Below are positions 48,700-60,110 of a DNA stretch of 64,000 nt, in pieces. Both the position numbers and the translations under genes were made by a program. Location: positions 1,248,294 to 1,312,293 of the forward strand of contig BCKZ01000002.1 in assembly GCA_001600815.1 (NCBI GenBank). Direction: 5' to 3'. Source of the DNA: Alloascoidea hylecoeti (taxonomy: Eukaryota). Under the pieces are notes generated by a model. That model worked only from the letters and a program-made list of their open reading frames with translations, searched no databases and had not been told where the DNA came from. How positions within the stretch are numbered: position 1 is the first letter of the stretch; every line of letters starts with the position of its first letter.

Positions 48700-49430
48700 A
48701 CAATCCCTGAAAAGTGTAATGAGTAAAAAAGCTTAAGGCCTCTTAGCTTGCATTAAGGAGCAAGGAGGGTAGAATGGTTTAATGTTTTGAACAAATGACA
48801 CTCGAACCGAATACATCAATTTCAAAGATCACTAACGAAAACGGATATTCGTCGGGGGTAATAGACTAAAAAAACTAATTGTTCACAAAGATTGAGGATG
48901 GGACTTACTTATCCATTGGTTTTGCTGGGCTAGAATGTGTGTGGGCATTGATATGGAAGCGTTTTACCACATGGTGGATGATAACAATCCCAGGACGCGC
49001 CCCACTACCAAGACAAAAGCCACCCACACGAAATGCCAACGGACAGTATATGAACTCAAATGGATGTTAAGTTTGCTTGATAGGAATTCACGAATGGACG
49101 GTCATATGATGGAGGGATCCTGCACCAACCGCGGGGTTGTAATGAGGACATTGAGGAGTACTCCACAGAAGCTACAATGATTTGATTACTTCTCCTATAA
49201 GAGTAATTGTTTGGTGAACAGCAGAAGAGGTCAAATTAAAAGTGTCCGCAAGCCTTCAAAAGAAGGTCAAAAAAAGCTTAACAGCTGGGTGAAAAAATTT
49301 TACAACACATTGGCGGTAATAAATAGGATATATGGTGGTAGAATATAAGTATATATTCAAAGAAAAAAGATGATCGTACTTAAATTTAAGTTGTATGGTT
49401 CAGATGGTGTCCAAGAGTCCTTCATTGCCT
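48700..49430 (+). pseudogene. Decayed coding relic, possibly a MULE transposase
   Basis: GC-elevated overlapping short frames (TKIEDGTYLSIGFAGLE; FDYFSY...WVKKFY; QESF) loosely follow MULE motif order. Confidence 0.3.
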
Positions 49431-49726
49431 AAACTCAATGAAAGTTACCCTAAATCTTGTAATTAGCAAGCGGTATAATACATAGATTTATATCTATAAT
49501 TAGCTTGCATGTACACATTGTTACAATGCTGTATCAGTCGTTTATAATAATAAATCCAATTTCAATTGTAATTTTTCATAGACATCTCAGATATATATAG
49601 TTTGTATGTGAAACTTTACCACATCGATCAATAATCCATAGAAGTTTAAAGAAGGTTATTATTATTTTATTTACACAACTATAACACTAGTAAACTTTCT
49701 TGACTTTTGTTTTTTCCCGTGAAATT

Positions 49727-51335
49727 TATGATATAATTGTATTATCTAATACTTTGACATAGGTATTTCCACACCTCTCAATTCATTAAAAACTTTAGTT
49801 GTAGATAAATCGCCTCCAAACTTTCTCTTACCAATATTCAGATCATTGGTTACAAAATTATTAACATCAGCAACGAAATAATCATTACCAAGCATCATTC
49901 CAAGGTGACTTTTCCATTTGTTGAAAGGAATTAAACCTTTATCATAACCAGCTAATAATGAAGTAATTATTGATCCAGCGGTTCCACCTGTCTGTCTTGC
50001 GCCTCCTGCTGCTTTTATAGCAGGATAATCATTAATATCACCAACCGCAAATATATGGTGGTGCCCTGGAACAGTAAGATAATCATCAATTATTATTTTT
50101 TTTTCGGAATTTAGGATTGGCTTCAGTTCAGTTCTTGCAATTATATCTGTGTTTGGTTTAGCTCCGGTGGTCCAAATCTAAAAAAAGAATTAGTAAACAT
50201 TAATAATAAGTTTCAAGTTAAGTAACATACGGTTAAATCACTATTGTATTTATCACCATCTGTTGTAATAACAACTTTATTATCTTTATCATCAGTTTTG
50301 ATTCTCTTATTCAAGATAACATTAACACCCATTTGTAATAAGGTAAGATAAGTAAGTTTCTTAAAAGTTTCAGAAAGATCTGGCTCTGGAGGTAAGAACC
50401 CATGAGGATGGATCAAAATAGTGTTCTTATTTGGGTGTTTATGTTTGATCTCAGCTGCAACTTCAATACCAACGGCACCTATAATATATATGTGGTCAGA
50501 ATCATACAATGTTGCAATGGTTCTTGAAATGTATATAATCGAGAAACTTACCTCCACCAACAACTACAACATCTTTAGCATCATTAATAGCATTCCCATA
50601 TTTTTCACAATTCTTAACATAAGATTCGTAGGAATATTCTCCTTTAGAAGGATCTAGAGGAGCAGGTCGAGATAGACCAGTAGCCACCACTGCGACATCA
50701 AAGTTTAATGTTTGTTCTTCTGAATTTACTTGTTCAGTCTCTTTGTTTAACTTTTTAAATATCAGTTTATTTTCATGTAATTTAGTAGCAAAACCTCTGA
50801 TATGAGTTAAATCTTTCCCGAGATGATTCCTATAAGCAGGAATGTCATCAAACTTTAGGTAAGTCTTGCTACCAAAGTTGGCATCGGTGATAGCACGCGG
50901 TAATGCAATAAGGTTAATAAAACCATTTTTTGGTTCAATGAGTGTAACATGAAGTTCATGACCTTTTGGTAATGGACTTTTCTCTAGTGTTTCGAAAATA
51001 GATCTTAACGCACTAACACCTGAAAAAGAACCACCGATAATTGCAACGTTAATTATTGGTTTGTCTTTGATATTATGAAAAGTAGACAAAATTGCGTCAT
51101 GAGTAGGGCCAGGAGTAAAAGATCCACCCCTACCACCACGAGAAGGTTTTTGAAGTGATCCGGCAGATGCCAAATTTAATTCCGAGATTTGCTTAGTGAT
51201 CTCTTCACTCGTAAGTTTGGCCATTGTATGATTTTCTCTTAAGCTTCTAATTGTAAATAAAGTGGTAATTGGAGTATTAATTGATTTCAAAAGATGAAGA
51301 GAACGGCCTTTATATAGTCGCAAACTCTGTCGCAT
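49727..51335 (-). repeat. Left arm of 1,609-bp inverted repeat (pairs with 57449-59057)
   Basis: Reverse complement of 57449-59057; one difference seen (50984/57800, Glu/Lys). Confidence 0.97.
49746..51224 (-). CDS. AIF/AMID(FSP1)-like FAD/NAD(P)H oxidoreductase, copy 1 (3 exons, about 450 aa)
   Basis: IIGGSFSG, AVVATG, spliced VVGGGAVGIEVAAEIK, WTTGAKPNT, IFAVGD; ATG downstream of TATATAAA. Confidence 0.9.
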
Positions 51336-52552
51336 ACTAATGATTTAAATAATAGTAAAATTTAGTAAATCGTGAGGTGACCGGCATTTCCATTTCTTTT
51401 ATATCTTCTTTTATTAGTGGTTGAATTCCGGGGTTAGCTCGTCAGATATCGGCGTTAAAAAGTCATCGGATGCACATACGGATAGGCTGCAGCTATGATG
51501 AGATTGGCTTGGTGACAAGTTGGTGTGCTCTGAGACGAAATATTCACGCTTCTACGGTGCGGTACCAATTTTATATTCCAAACGGAAATTTAAATAATCA
51601 TTATCAAAACCTCTTCCTATATGTATCTTACATACATCAATGAATCCATTAAGGCTATTTTTGATCCGAAGGAAGAGGCCATCATGATGATGTTAGAGAA
51701 AAAAAAGAGGAAAATGATATGGTTCTAAGTTCAAAGCTACATTTGGGTTTGATAAACCTTCTAAAGATACTCTTCTTTTTTTCACCTGACAATCTGGAAG
51801 GCGTGCTTTGTTGTCGGACTCAGCTGCTAGATTCAATGGTTACGAGAATATTGCAGTGTACCCTGGCTCGTCGAATGAATGGTCTACAAAAATCTAAGTG
51901 AAAGGCAATTCTATAATATAAGCAGACGGTATCTCTCTATATAATGCCGAAATAATCAATTAAAGTTCTATAACATTTAACTAATGCTAATATAATGTTA
52001 CTGTGCATAACTTAAGCTAATGAATAACCTAAGGTTATAGTTGTAATAACTAGATGTTCGATACCCGAGCCATAGCTATAGATCCCATATGGTATATATA
52101 CCTTTGAGATCCATTTTCTCTTGGCTTTTTCTCCTATGTTTGTTACTCTAATTGGCTATAAATTATAATTATCTCTTGTAGTAAGATAGTATTGCCATTA
52201 TCTTCTTTTAATTTGAAGGTGGCCTAACCGCTCGAACTTTGTTCATCATTTAGTAACTATAAGAGATCTCTGGGAATTTGTACTTATCTTCGTTTGAAAC
52301 GGACATCCCATGATCATGTTTCCTTTTCTCTCACTGAGTAGTTATTAGGATTAGATATAAAGTCAGGAGTAATAATCAATCGATGTTCTGGTCAGAGGAG
52401 TGACTCTTATCCACAAACTTCCTTAAACTTTGATATGGTTAGTAATTAGCATGTATTTGCTAATATTTACGTAATATACACCCTAATATCAGAAATAAGT
52501 TCTTCTTCATCATTCGCATTCATTCTCATATCACTCTCATATCAACGATATT

Positions 52553-54525
52553 ATGGCTGAAGTACGGCCAAGAGTGTATCTTTACTACCAATCTCGCGAT
52601 GTAAGCCTAGAAGGGAAACTTGTCATTGAATTATTTGATAAAGAGGCACCCAAAACAGCTGAAAAGTATACATCTTATTTTATTGTTACAATAATAAAAT
52701 TGATGCTAACACATGTTTAAATTTCTAGCTTCAGAGCACTATGTACTGGAGAACTGGGCAGAAATGAAAAGGGTGTGGAACTTACCTATGAAGGTAGTGT
52801 CTTTCATCAAATTGTTGCTGACTTTTTGATTCAAGGGGGTGATATAGCTAATCACGACGGAACAGGTATGAACGACATAAAGACATAATTTCATTTTCAA
52901 AATTTTCAATTGTCTTTACTGATGATTAGCTGAATAGGATTGGAGTCAATATATGGTGGTGTCTTTCCAATGGAGGATCCAACATGGAGAGAAATCGATG
53001 CACCGGGTTTAGTATGTGCTTCGAATGCAGAGAATCAGACAAGTAGTCATTTCTTTATAAATGTAAGTATATCTATACATTTAATGGCTTATTCTTTCTT
53101 TCCTAACCTACTGAAAATACTCAGATGGTTCCTTTCTATCCTGAATATCCAACTTTATGTGGTAAATACACTGTCTTTGGAAAGGTAATCGAAGGTTTGG
53201 ATTCTCTTTTTAAATTTAATTCAATTAAAACAGATAAAGATGATAAACCACTACCAGGACAAGAAGTTGAAATCGTCAAATGTGGTCAATTGAAATTTAA
53301 AGAAAAATCAACTCCCATATTGATTCCTAATCCCAAGTCACTCGTGAAAGTTAAAAGCGAAGTTAAAAATGAACCATGGGATCCAAAAAAAGGTGGTAAC
53401 ATCTTTAAAGGAGGGAAAACAGTTGGAACCGAACTCTCTTTAGTTAAAGCTGAAAATTTCGGAACGAAACCAAAAGACAAATTTGAAGACGATAAAAAAA
53501 ATATACAACTTATTCCTCCTAACACACCTCCCCTCAATCCAATCGACCCACAAAACTATGAAAGAGAAAGCCCCACATCAAGCCCTAGTTCATCAGGAAG
53601 TTTAGGGGGGAGTCCTAGAAGTACGGCTTTCAATGGAACTTACAACTTGCCTGCTTTTGTCATACCAGATCCTAAGGGAGAGATGACGAACAAAGAACGT
53701 CAAGCTGTCTTAGATATCGATGGTTTCAGAGAAGATGGTTATTACAATGGTAAAGATGAACCAAATGATTACTACGATAATCAAGCTGTTGGTTCTTATG
53801 GATACAATAATAACCAACAAAGTAATTACAGAAATGACCAAATATCAAGCTACAGTGGAAACAGTAACCAACAAAGGGGTTACAGAAATGACCAGATCTC
53901 AAGTTACAAAGGAAATAAAAAAAGCATACCATCGAATTATAAAGAACCTAGTAAACAACTTGTCAAAGTTTCAGGTAAACCAAAACCTCGCTATTCCGAT
54001 TCCAGTTATGACGACTCAAATTATAATAAGGTGTTAAGTCGTGAGGTTGTACCTAGTGACACTAAAAACGACAAAACTGTTAACTATAGAGATAGTACAG
54101 ATAGAGATCTCAGAGATACCATGGATTCTAGGGATTCTAGGGATTCTAGAGAATTGAGTGATTCTAGAGATGTACGGAATCCCAGAGATGTTAGGGATAA
54201 CTACCGAGTCTCTAAAGATGATACACCCCCGAGTTATAAGCACAAGCCAGTGGCGCCTACAGATTTCAGTACGTTATATAGGAGTTCTGCAAGAGGGACG
54301 TTAAGATCAAAACTGTCTAGCTCACAAAGAGGGGGTAGAGGTTATGGTGACTACGATGATTATGATGATTATGATAACTATTATGGTCGAGATCGAGGGG
54401 GCTTTAGTTATAGTAGTAGAGGAAGAGTGCGTGATTACGATGATAGTTATGGTTCTAGACGTGGTGGAAGGGGTAGAAGAGAGTCAAGAGGTCAAAGTGG
54501 GCGAGGCTACAGGCCTAGGAGATAA
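52553..54525 (+). CDS. Cyclophilin-domain protein with long RD/RS/RG-rich tail; exons 52553-52665, 52729-52865, 52938-53062, 53125-54525
   Basis: PKTAENFRALCTGE, FHQIVADFLIQGGD, GTGLESIYG, SHFFI, TVFGKVIEG after in-frame splicing. Confidence 0.88.
53812..53917 (+). repeat. Intragenic 54-bp (18-aa) tandem repeat, 2 copies
   Basis: NQQSNYRNDQISSYSGNS / NQQRGYRNDQISSYKGNK; 9-bp DSR repeats follow near 54124-54170. Confidence 0.85.
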
Positions 54526-54682
54526 CTTTTAAATGTATTTATTAATATATGGAAACCTGTGTATAATTAAAAATCTTGCTTTGTAGTCTCTTTAAAACTT
54601 ACGGCTCTTTATAAATTAAGTTGTGGGAACCATTATTATACTCTATAATATTGGTGAAATTTTACATCTAATTAATTTGATA

Positions 54683-55984
54683 TTAAAATCCTCGTCTTTC
54701 CAAATTATTGGCAATATCTAGATAAAAAGCGACAGCATCAAATTTCGGTTTTTGTCCAGTAAACCTAGAATATTGTAATTTGATTACATTTGTCCACTTT
54801 AATTTTTTAGAAAAGAGAAGTTAGTATGTATACATTGTATAGTCCAATTTATAATACTGATGGGGTATTAAAGTACTCACGTTAATTAGGTCAAGGTGGT
54901 CAACATTATCAAGCGTTCCTAAGTATTTTCCCCACTTAGAAGAAGTAACTGAAACCATTCCATCATTATCACCTTCAATGCCATATACAACGTTCCATGA
55001 TATCTTGAACACATTATACCAATTTGGGACAAATTTTGAGCCATAACTAAAGTATTGAATTCCTTCTCTATCAAGCACCTTTTCATTAAAAATTTTCATG
55101 GAAGAAGTAGTTAATTCTTTCAAACCTTCTGGTATAGCATTTTCCGGTACACCCGTTTTCTTTAGAATGTCATAAACATAGTCAGCCATTGGACTACCCC
55201 TATGAGGAGTACCAATTGTAGTAAGAGAAGCAATTTCAACATTCTTTGGTTTAAGATTTGAGATTAAATAACGGCAATCCAGACCACCCATGGAGTGAGC
55301 GATCAAATTAACTTTGACTATATCTTCTTTTTCTATTTTCGAAGTTGGGCCGTTTTCCGAATTAGGTATATCATTTGCTTCTTCCTTATGATTTACATTA
55401 TATACATCATGGACTTTTTTACCTTTAAGTTTCTCAATGCTTTTTGCTATATGCTCACTAAGGATTCCAGCACGATTTTCAATGGATCCCAATGGTGGCA
55501 CTTTCGCCGTGATAATGGTTGCTCCATGATCTCTTAAAGCATCTTCTACCCCTCTCCAATAAGGTAATTGCAAAGATTTTGGGAGAGGGATAAATGTCGG
55601 GGACGGAAGAATCTTAAAGAAATCTGTTCCAAGAAAACCATGACATAATACAATTGGCTATAATTGAAAAATATAGTAGATGTTAAAATGAGTGGTTCAA
55701 ATATAAGTAAGAGTCCAATTGCATACATATTTCGGGGCCTTATAACTCTTCAATATATCCATGAATTTATCCGAAATCAGAATATCACCTTCATTGGTTT
55801 TCGAGAAATTGGACTTTATGTGAGTGTTATGAAGACATCTGATTGAATTCCGAAAAGTCGAACCCAAATATTCTGGTTTTTTAGATCTTGTAATTATATG
55901 TATTTCTTTCAATGGTTTCCGTTTTAAACCCTGTAACAATATAGAAGCATCAATGCGAGGAATTGATCTTGTTATATAAATCAT
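54683..55984 (-). CDS. TGL2: Mitochondrial triacylglycerol lipase; exons 55984-55727, 55657-54881, 54796-54683
   Basis: KYPIVLCHGFLG, LIAHSMGGLDCR, TPHRGS, NDGMVSV.S.KWG, VDHLDLINW, FYLDIA..L...GF. Confidence 0.9.
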
Positions 55985-56145
55985 CTGGTCAACCGTTTTA
56001 TAAAATTGGAAGATTTCGTATCATGGAGCAAGAGTATTCAGTTATAAAATTTAAACTTATATATTAGTGTAAATATTTCAAAATAAAGTTCTGGATCCAT
56101 AACACCTCTTCAACAGCATCACGAAAACGTTCAAATACTAACACA

Positions 56146-56466
56146 ATGAAGGTGACGCTAAAGCAATGGAACACAACTGGAATATGGACCTGGGATGTTC
56201 CAAATGAAGAAGTGTGTGGTATCTGTAGGGTTCCTTTTGACGGTGTTTGCCCTACTTGTAAATATCCTGGAGATGGGTGTCCTTTGAGTAAGTGTCATAG
56301 ACTCGGACAACAATAATGAACTCTCTAACTTATATTTATAGTTGTTGGAATCTGTGCTCATGCTTTCCACTTACATTGTGTAACTAAATGGCTAGAAACG
56401 GAAACATCCAAAGGACTATGTCCTATGTGCCGACAAGAATTCAAAGTAGCTCCACCACTTTCTTAA
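56146..56466 (+). CDS. APC11: Anaphase-promoting complex RING-H2 subunit; exons 56146-56287, 56342-56466
   Basis: WTWDV..EEVCGICRVPFDGVCPTCKYPGDGCPL|IVGICAHAFHLHC..KWL...GLCPMCRQ; absent from ORF track. Confidence 0.95.
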
Positions 56467-57448
56467 TAACGAAAACAATCTACCTGTGAATTATAAATAA
56501 GCCTCAGGGCATCTATATACTGAGATTATTGGGAAGCTTTCCACAATCTAGTTTGATTGCATTTTAAAGCATAATTAATATTTGTTTACACTCATTCATT
56601 CACCAATAACTATTATACTACCTCCATCGACGAATATCATTGATTTTCTTATTGGTACTTTTAATTAACTTATACAATTGTACAACGAATTTTGAGATTT
56701 GAAGAATTAAATCGGATGCATCCTCAAGATCTAGATATATGTGACCTTTAATAATTAGGTTATCGAGTAAAGGTCAATTGCACAATTAAACATAGGTTAC
56801 ATCAGTGAAATGATACAGTGAATTATGATCAGTTAATCATGGTATTAGTTACTAGTAATACAATTTAAATAATGAAACAGTCTATTTATAGGTATGAGTC
56901 TCGACTCTATATTTAGAATCATACCTCTTTTTACTGGAATTATACCGTCCCTCATAGAATTGTTCCAGTTAGATTTTTGTGGACTATTTATTCCATGAGC
57001 CAGTATACACTGCAATATCTATTCGCAGTCATTAGATCTAGCAGTTGAGTCCGACAACATAGCACGTCACCCAGATTGTCGGGTGAAAACACAGTGTTTC
57101 CCCTAATTTGTATCATTATGAAGCCGAATATAAAATGAATATTTCTGTCGTATGGTCGATAGTTGAATATTCTCGAATATTTGTGGATCGAATGGCCGAA
57201 ATTAAATGGAAGAACTGTATATCTGAAGATGTAGCGCTAAAACTATTATCAACGATTTATCGTACTGTAGAAGAGCGAATGATTTCGTCTTGCTGCACAA
57301 CATAGCAGCTTGTCCGTTACATCCGATAACTTTTTAACACCGATATCTAACGGCATGGGTAACGTAAGTGCAGAATTGAACGGCTAGTAATAGAAGATAT
57401 AAAAGAAGCTCAAATGTCTTTAATCCTATTATCAATTAAACCATTAGC

Positions 57449-59057
57449 ATGCGACAGAGTTTGCGACTATATAAAGGCCGTTCTCTTCATCTTTTGAAAT
57501 CAATTAATACTCCAATTACCACTTTATTTACAATTAGAAGCTTAAGAGAAAATCATACAATGGCCAAACTTACGAGTGAAGAGATCACTAAGCAAATCTC
57601 GGAATTAAATTTGGCATCTGCCGGATCACTTCAAAAACCTTCTCGTGGTGGTAGGGGTGGATCTTTTACTCCTGGCCCTACTCATGACGCAATTTTGTCT
57701 ACTTTTCATAATATCAAAGACAAACCAATAATTAACGTTGCAATTATCGGTGGTTCTTTTTCAGGTGTTAGTGCGTTAAGATCTATTTTCGAAACACTAA
57801 AGAAAAGTCCATTACCAAAAGGTCATGAACTTCATGTTACACTCATTGAACCAAAAAATGGTTTTATTAACCTTATTGCATTACCGCGTGCTATCACCGA
57901 TGCCAACTTTGGTAGCAAGACTTACCTAAAGTTTGATGACATTCCTGCTTATAGGAATCATCTCGGGAAAGATTTAACTCATATCAGAGGTTTTGCTACT
58001 AAATTACATGAAAATAAACTGATATTTAAAAAGTTAAACAAAGAGACTGAACAAGTAAATTCAGAAGAACAAACATTAAACTTTGATGTCGCAGTGGTGG
58101 CTACTGGTCTATCTCGACCTGCTCCTCTAGATCCTTCTAAAGGAGAATATTCCTACGAATCTTATGTTAAGAATTGTGAAAAATATGGGAATGCTATTAA
58201 TGATGCTAAAGATGTTGTAGTTGTTGGTGGAGGTAAGTTTCTCGATTATATACATTTCAAGAACCATTGCAACATTGTATGATTCTGACCACATATATAT
58301 TATAGGTGCCGTTGGTATTGAAGTTGCAGCTGAGATCAAACATAAACACCCAAATAAGAACACTATTTTGATCCATCCTCATGGGTTCTTACCTCCAGAG
58401 CCAGATCTTTCTGAAACTTTTAAGAAACTTACTTATCTTACCTTATTACAAATGGGTGTTAATGTTATCTTGAATAAGAGAATCAAAACTGATGATAAAG
58501 ATAATAAAGTTGTTATTACAACAGATGGTGATAAATACAATAGTGATTTAACCGTATGTTACTTAACTTGAAACTTATTATTAATGTTTACTAATTCTTT
58601 TTTTAGATTTGGACCACCGGAGCTAAACCAAACACAGATATAATTGCAAGAACTGAACTGAAGCCAATCCTAAATTCCGAAAAAAAAATAATAATTGATG
58701 ATTATCTTACTGTTCCAGGGCACCACCATATATTTGCGGTTGGTGATATTAATGATTATCCTGCTATAAAAGCAGCAGGAGGCGCAAGACAGACAGGTGG
58801 AACCGCTGGATCAATAATTACTTCATTATTAGCTGGTTATGATAAAGGTTTAATTCCTTTCAACAAATGGAAAAGTCACCTTGGAATGATGCTTGGTAAT
58901 GATTATTTCGTTGCTGATGTTAATAATTTTGTAACCAATGATCTGAATATTGGTAAGAGAAAGTTTGGAGGCGATTTATCTACAACTAAAGTTTTTAATG
59001 AATTGAGAGGTGTGGAAATACCTATGTCAAAGTATTAGATAATACAATTATATCATA
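57449..59057 (+). repeat. Right arm of 1,609-bp inverted repeat
   Basis: Reverse complement of 49727-51335. Confidence 0.97.
57560..59038 (+). CDS. AIF/AMID(FSP1)-like oxidoreductase, copy 2; exons 57560-58232, 58306-58553, 58607-59038
   Basis: Same motifs as copy 1; exon lengths sum to 1353 nt (450 aa plus stop). Confidence 0.9.
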
Positions 59058-59663
59058 GGAAATATTTGGAGGAAACAATAAAATAATTCATTCAAAGAAA
59101 CTTGAAGAATAAAATTTGTAGAGTCGTTGTTGTTTATAAGGTTTAAATAACTGAGATTAAAGGAACTTAAAAATAAAGAAACATGAACATAGTAGCTACA
59201 AAGTTATATGCATACTATAGCTATACTGGCAGTAGAAACAGTTTTAATTAGATACATGTAGTTATATTAGTAGGTTAAAATGTATTTTTTTGTTTCGAAT
59301 TCGCAAGCGACTGGAATTTTATTTTTTTAAGTTTAAAGATTGAGACCATTGATTATCGATGTGGTACAATTTCACATAAATTTTGCGATTCGCTTATAAA
59401 GACGTAATATCAGTTATAGATATTGTATAAGTTACACATACAAAGAAGATACTTAGAGATACATGTTTTTTCCAATGTACCAAATTTACTATTCTCATAG
59501 ATAATTGATAGACGCATAGTTAATTATAACAAGTAGGCCATCACATCACGGTGAAACATTTCCAATAACACCTCCTTCATTTGATTCATATTTACAATAT
59601 GCTTTTAACATGAACATTTTAGCAAAAGTTAGCATTCCCAATGCTAAATTGTAAGGCTAAGCA

Positions 59664-60110
59664 TCAAGACTGATGAGGTTCGGGACAATATCTACTAATA
59701 TGTCCTGGAGTTCCACATCTATAACAAGTCTTGATTTCGGGATTCTCACAACTTTTAGATGTACAATCACGACTGATATGACCGTATTTTCCACAAGCAT
59801 AGCACCTAACTGAGTCAGCTAAGCAGTCTCTGGAAAAATGATTAGGACCACCACATTTATAGCAAATCGGACCCTTTATATATGGCCCATATCTATTACC
59901 TTCACCTTGATTGCTAGAAGAATTAGGACAATTACGAGATAAATGCCCCAATTTCCCACAATTGTAACAACTTGGTGCCCCTCTTCCACCCGTTTCTCTT
60001 GGGAGAGGGCAATTTGGTTGAATATGACCCATCATTCCACAATTGTAACACTTTCTAATGGTAGAGCTACTACCAGAATTTTCGCCATTAGAAGAGCCAG
60101 CGTATGACAT
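59664..60110 (-). CDS. GIS2: CCHC zinc-knuckle nucleic-acid-binding protein (Gis2/Byr3/CNBP family)
   Basis: Five CX2CX4HX4C knuckles incl. CYKCGGPNHFSRDC and CYACGKYGHISRDC. Confidence 0.8.
   Translation of the reverse strand: MSYAGSSNGENSGSSSTIRKCYNCGMMGHIQPNCPLPRETGGRGAPSCYNCGKLGHLSRNCPNSSSNQGEGNRYGPYIKGPICYKCGGPNHFSRDCLADSVRCYACGKYGHISRDCTSKSCENPEIKTCYRCGTPGHISRYCPEPHQS

Noticed and set aside
51336..57448. Mating-type locus inside the inverted repeat
   Set aside because: No HMG, alpha-box or homeodomain ORFs and no SLA2/DIC1 neighbours seen.
57449..57559. 37-aa N-terminal extension (MRQSLRLYKGR...) on the AIF-like ORFs, superficially a mitochondrial presequence
   Set aside because: Its ATG lies upstream of the TATATAAA box, which it reads through; ATG at 57560/51224 fits better.
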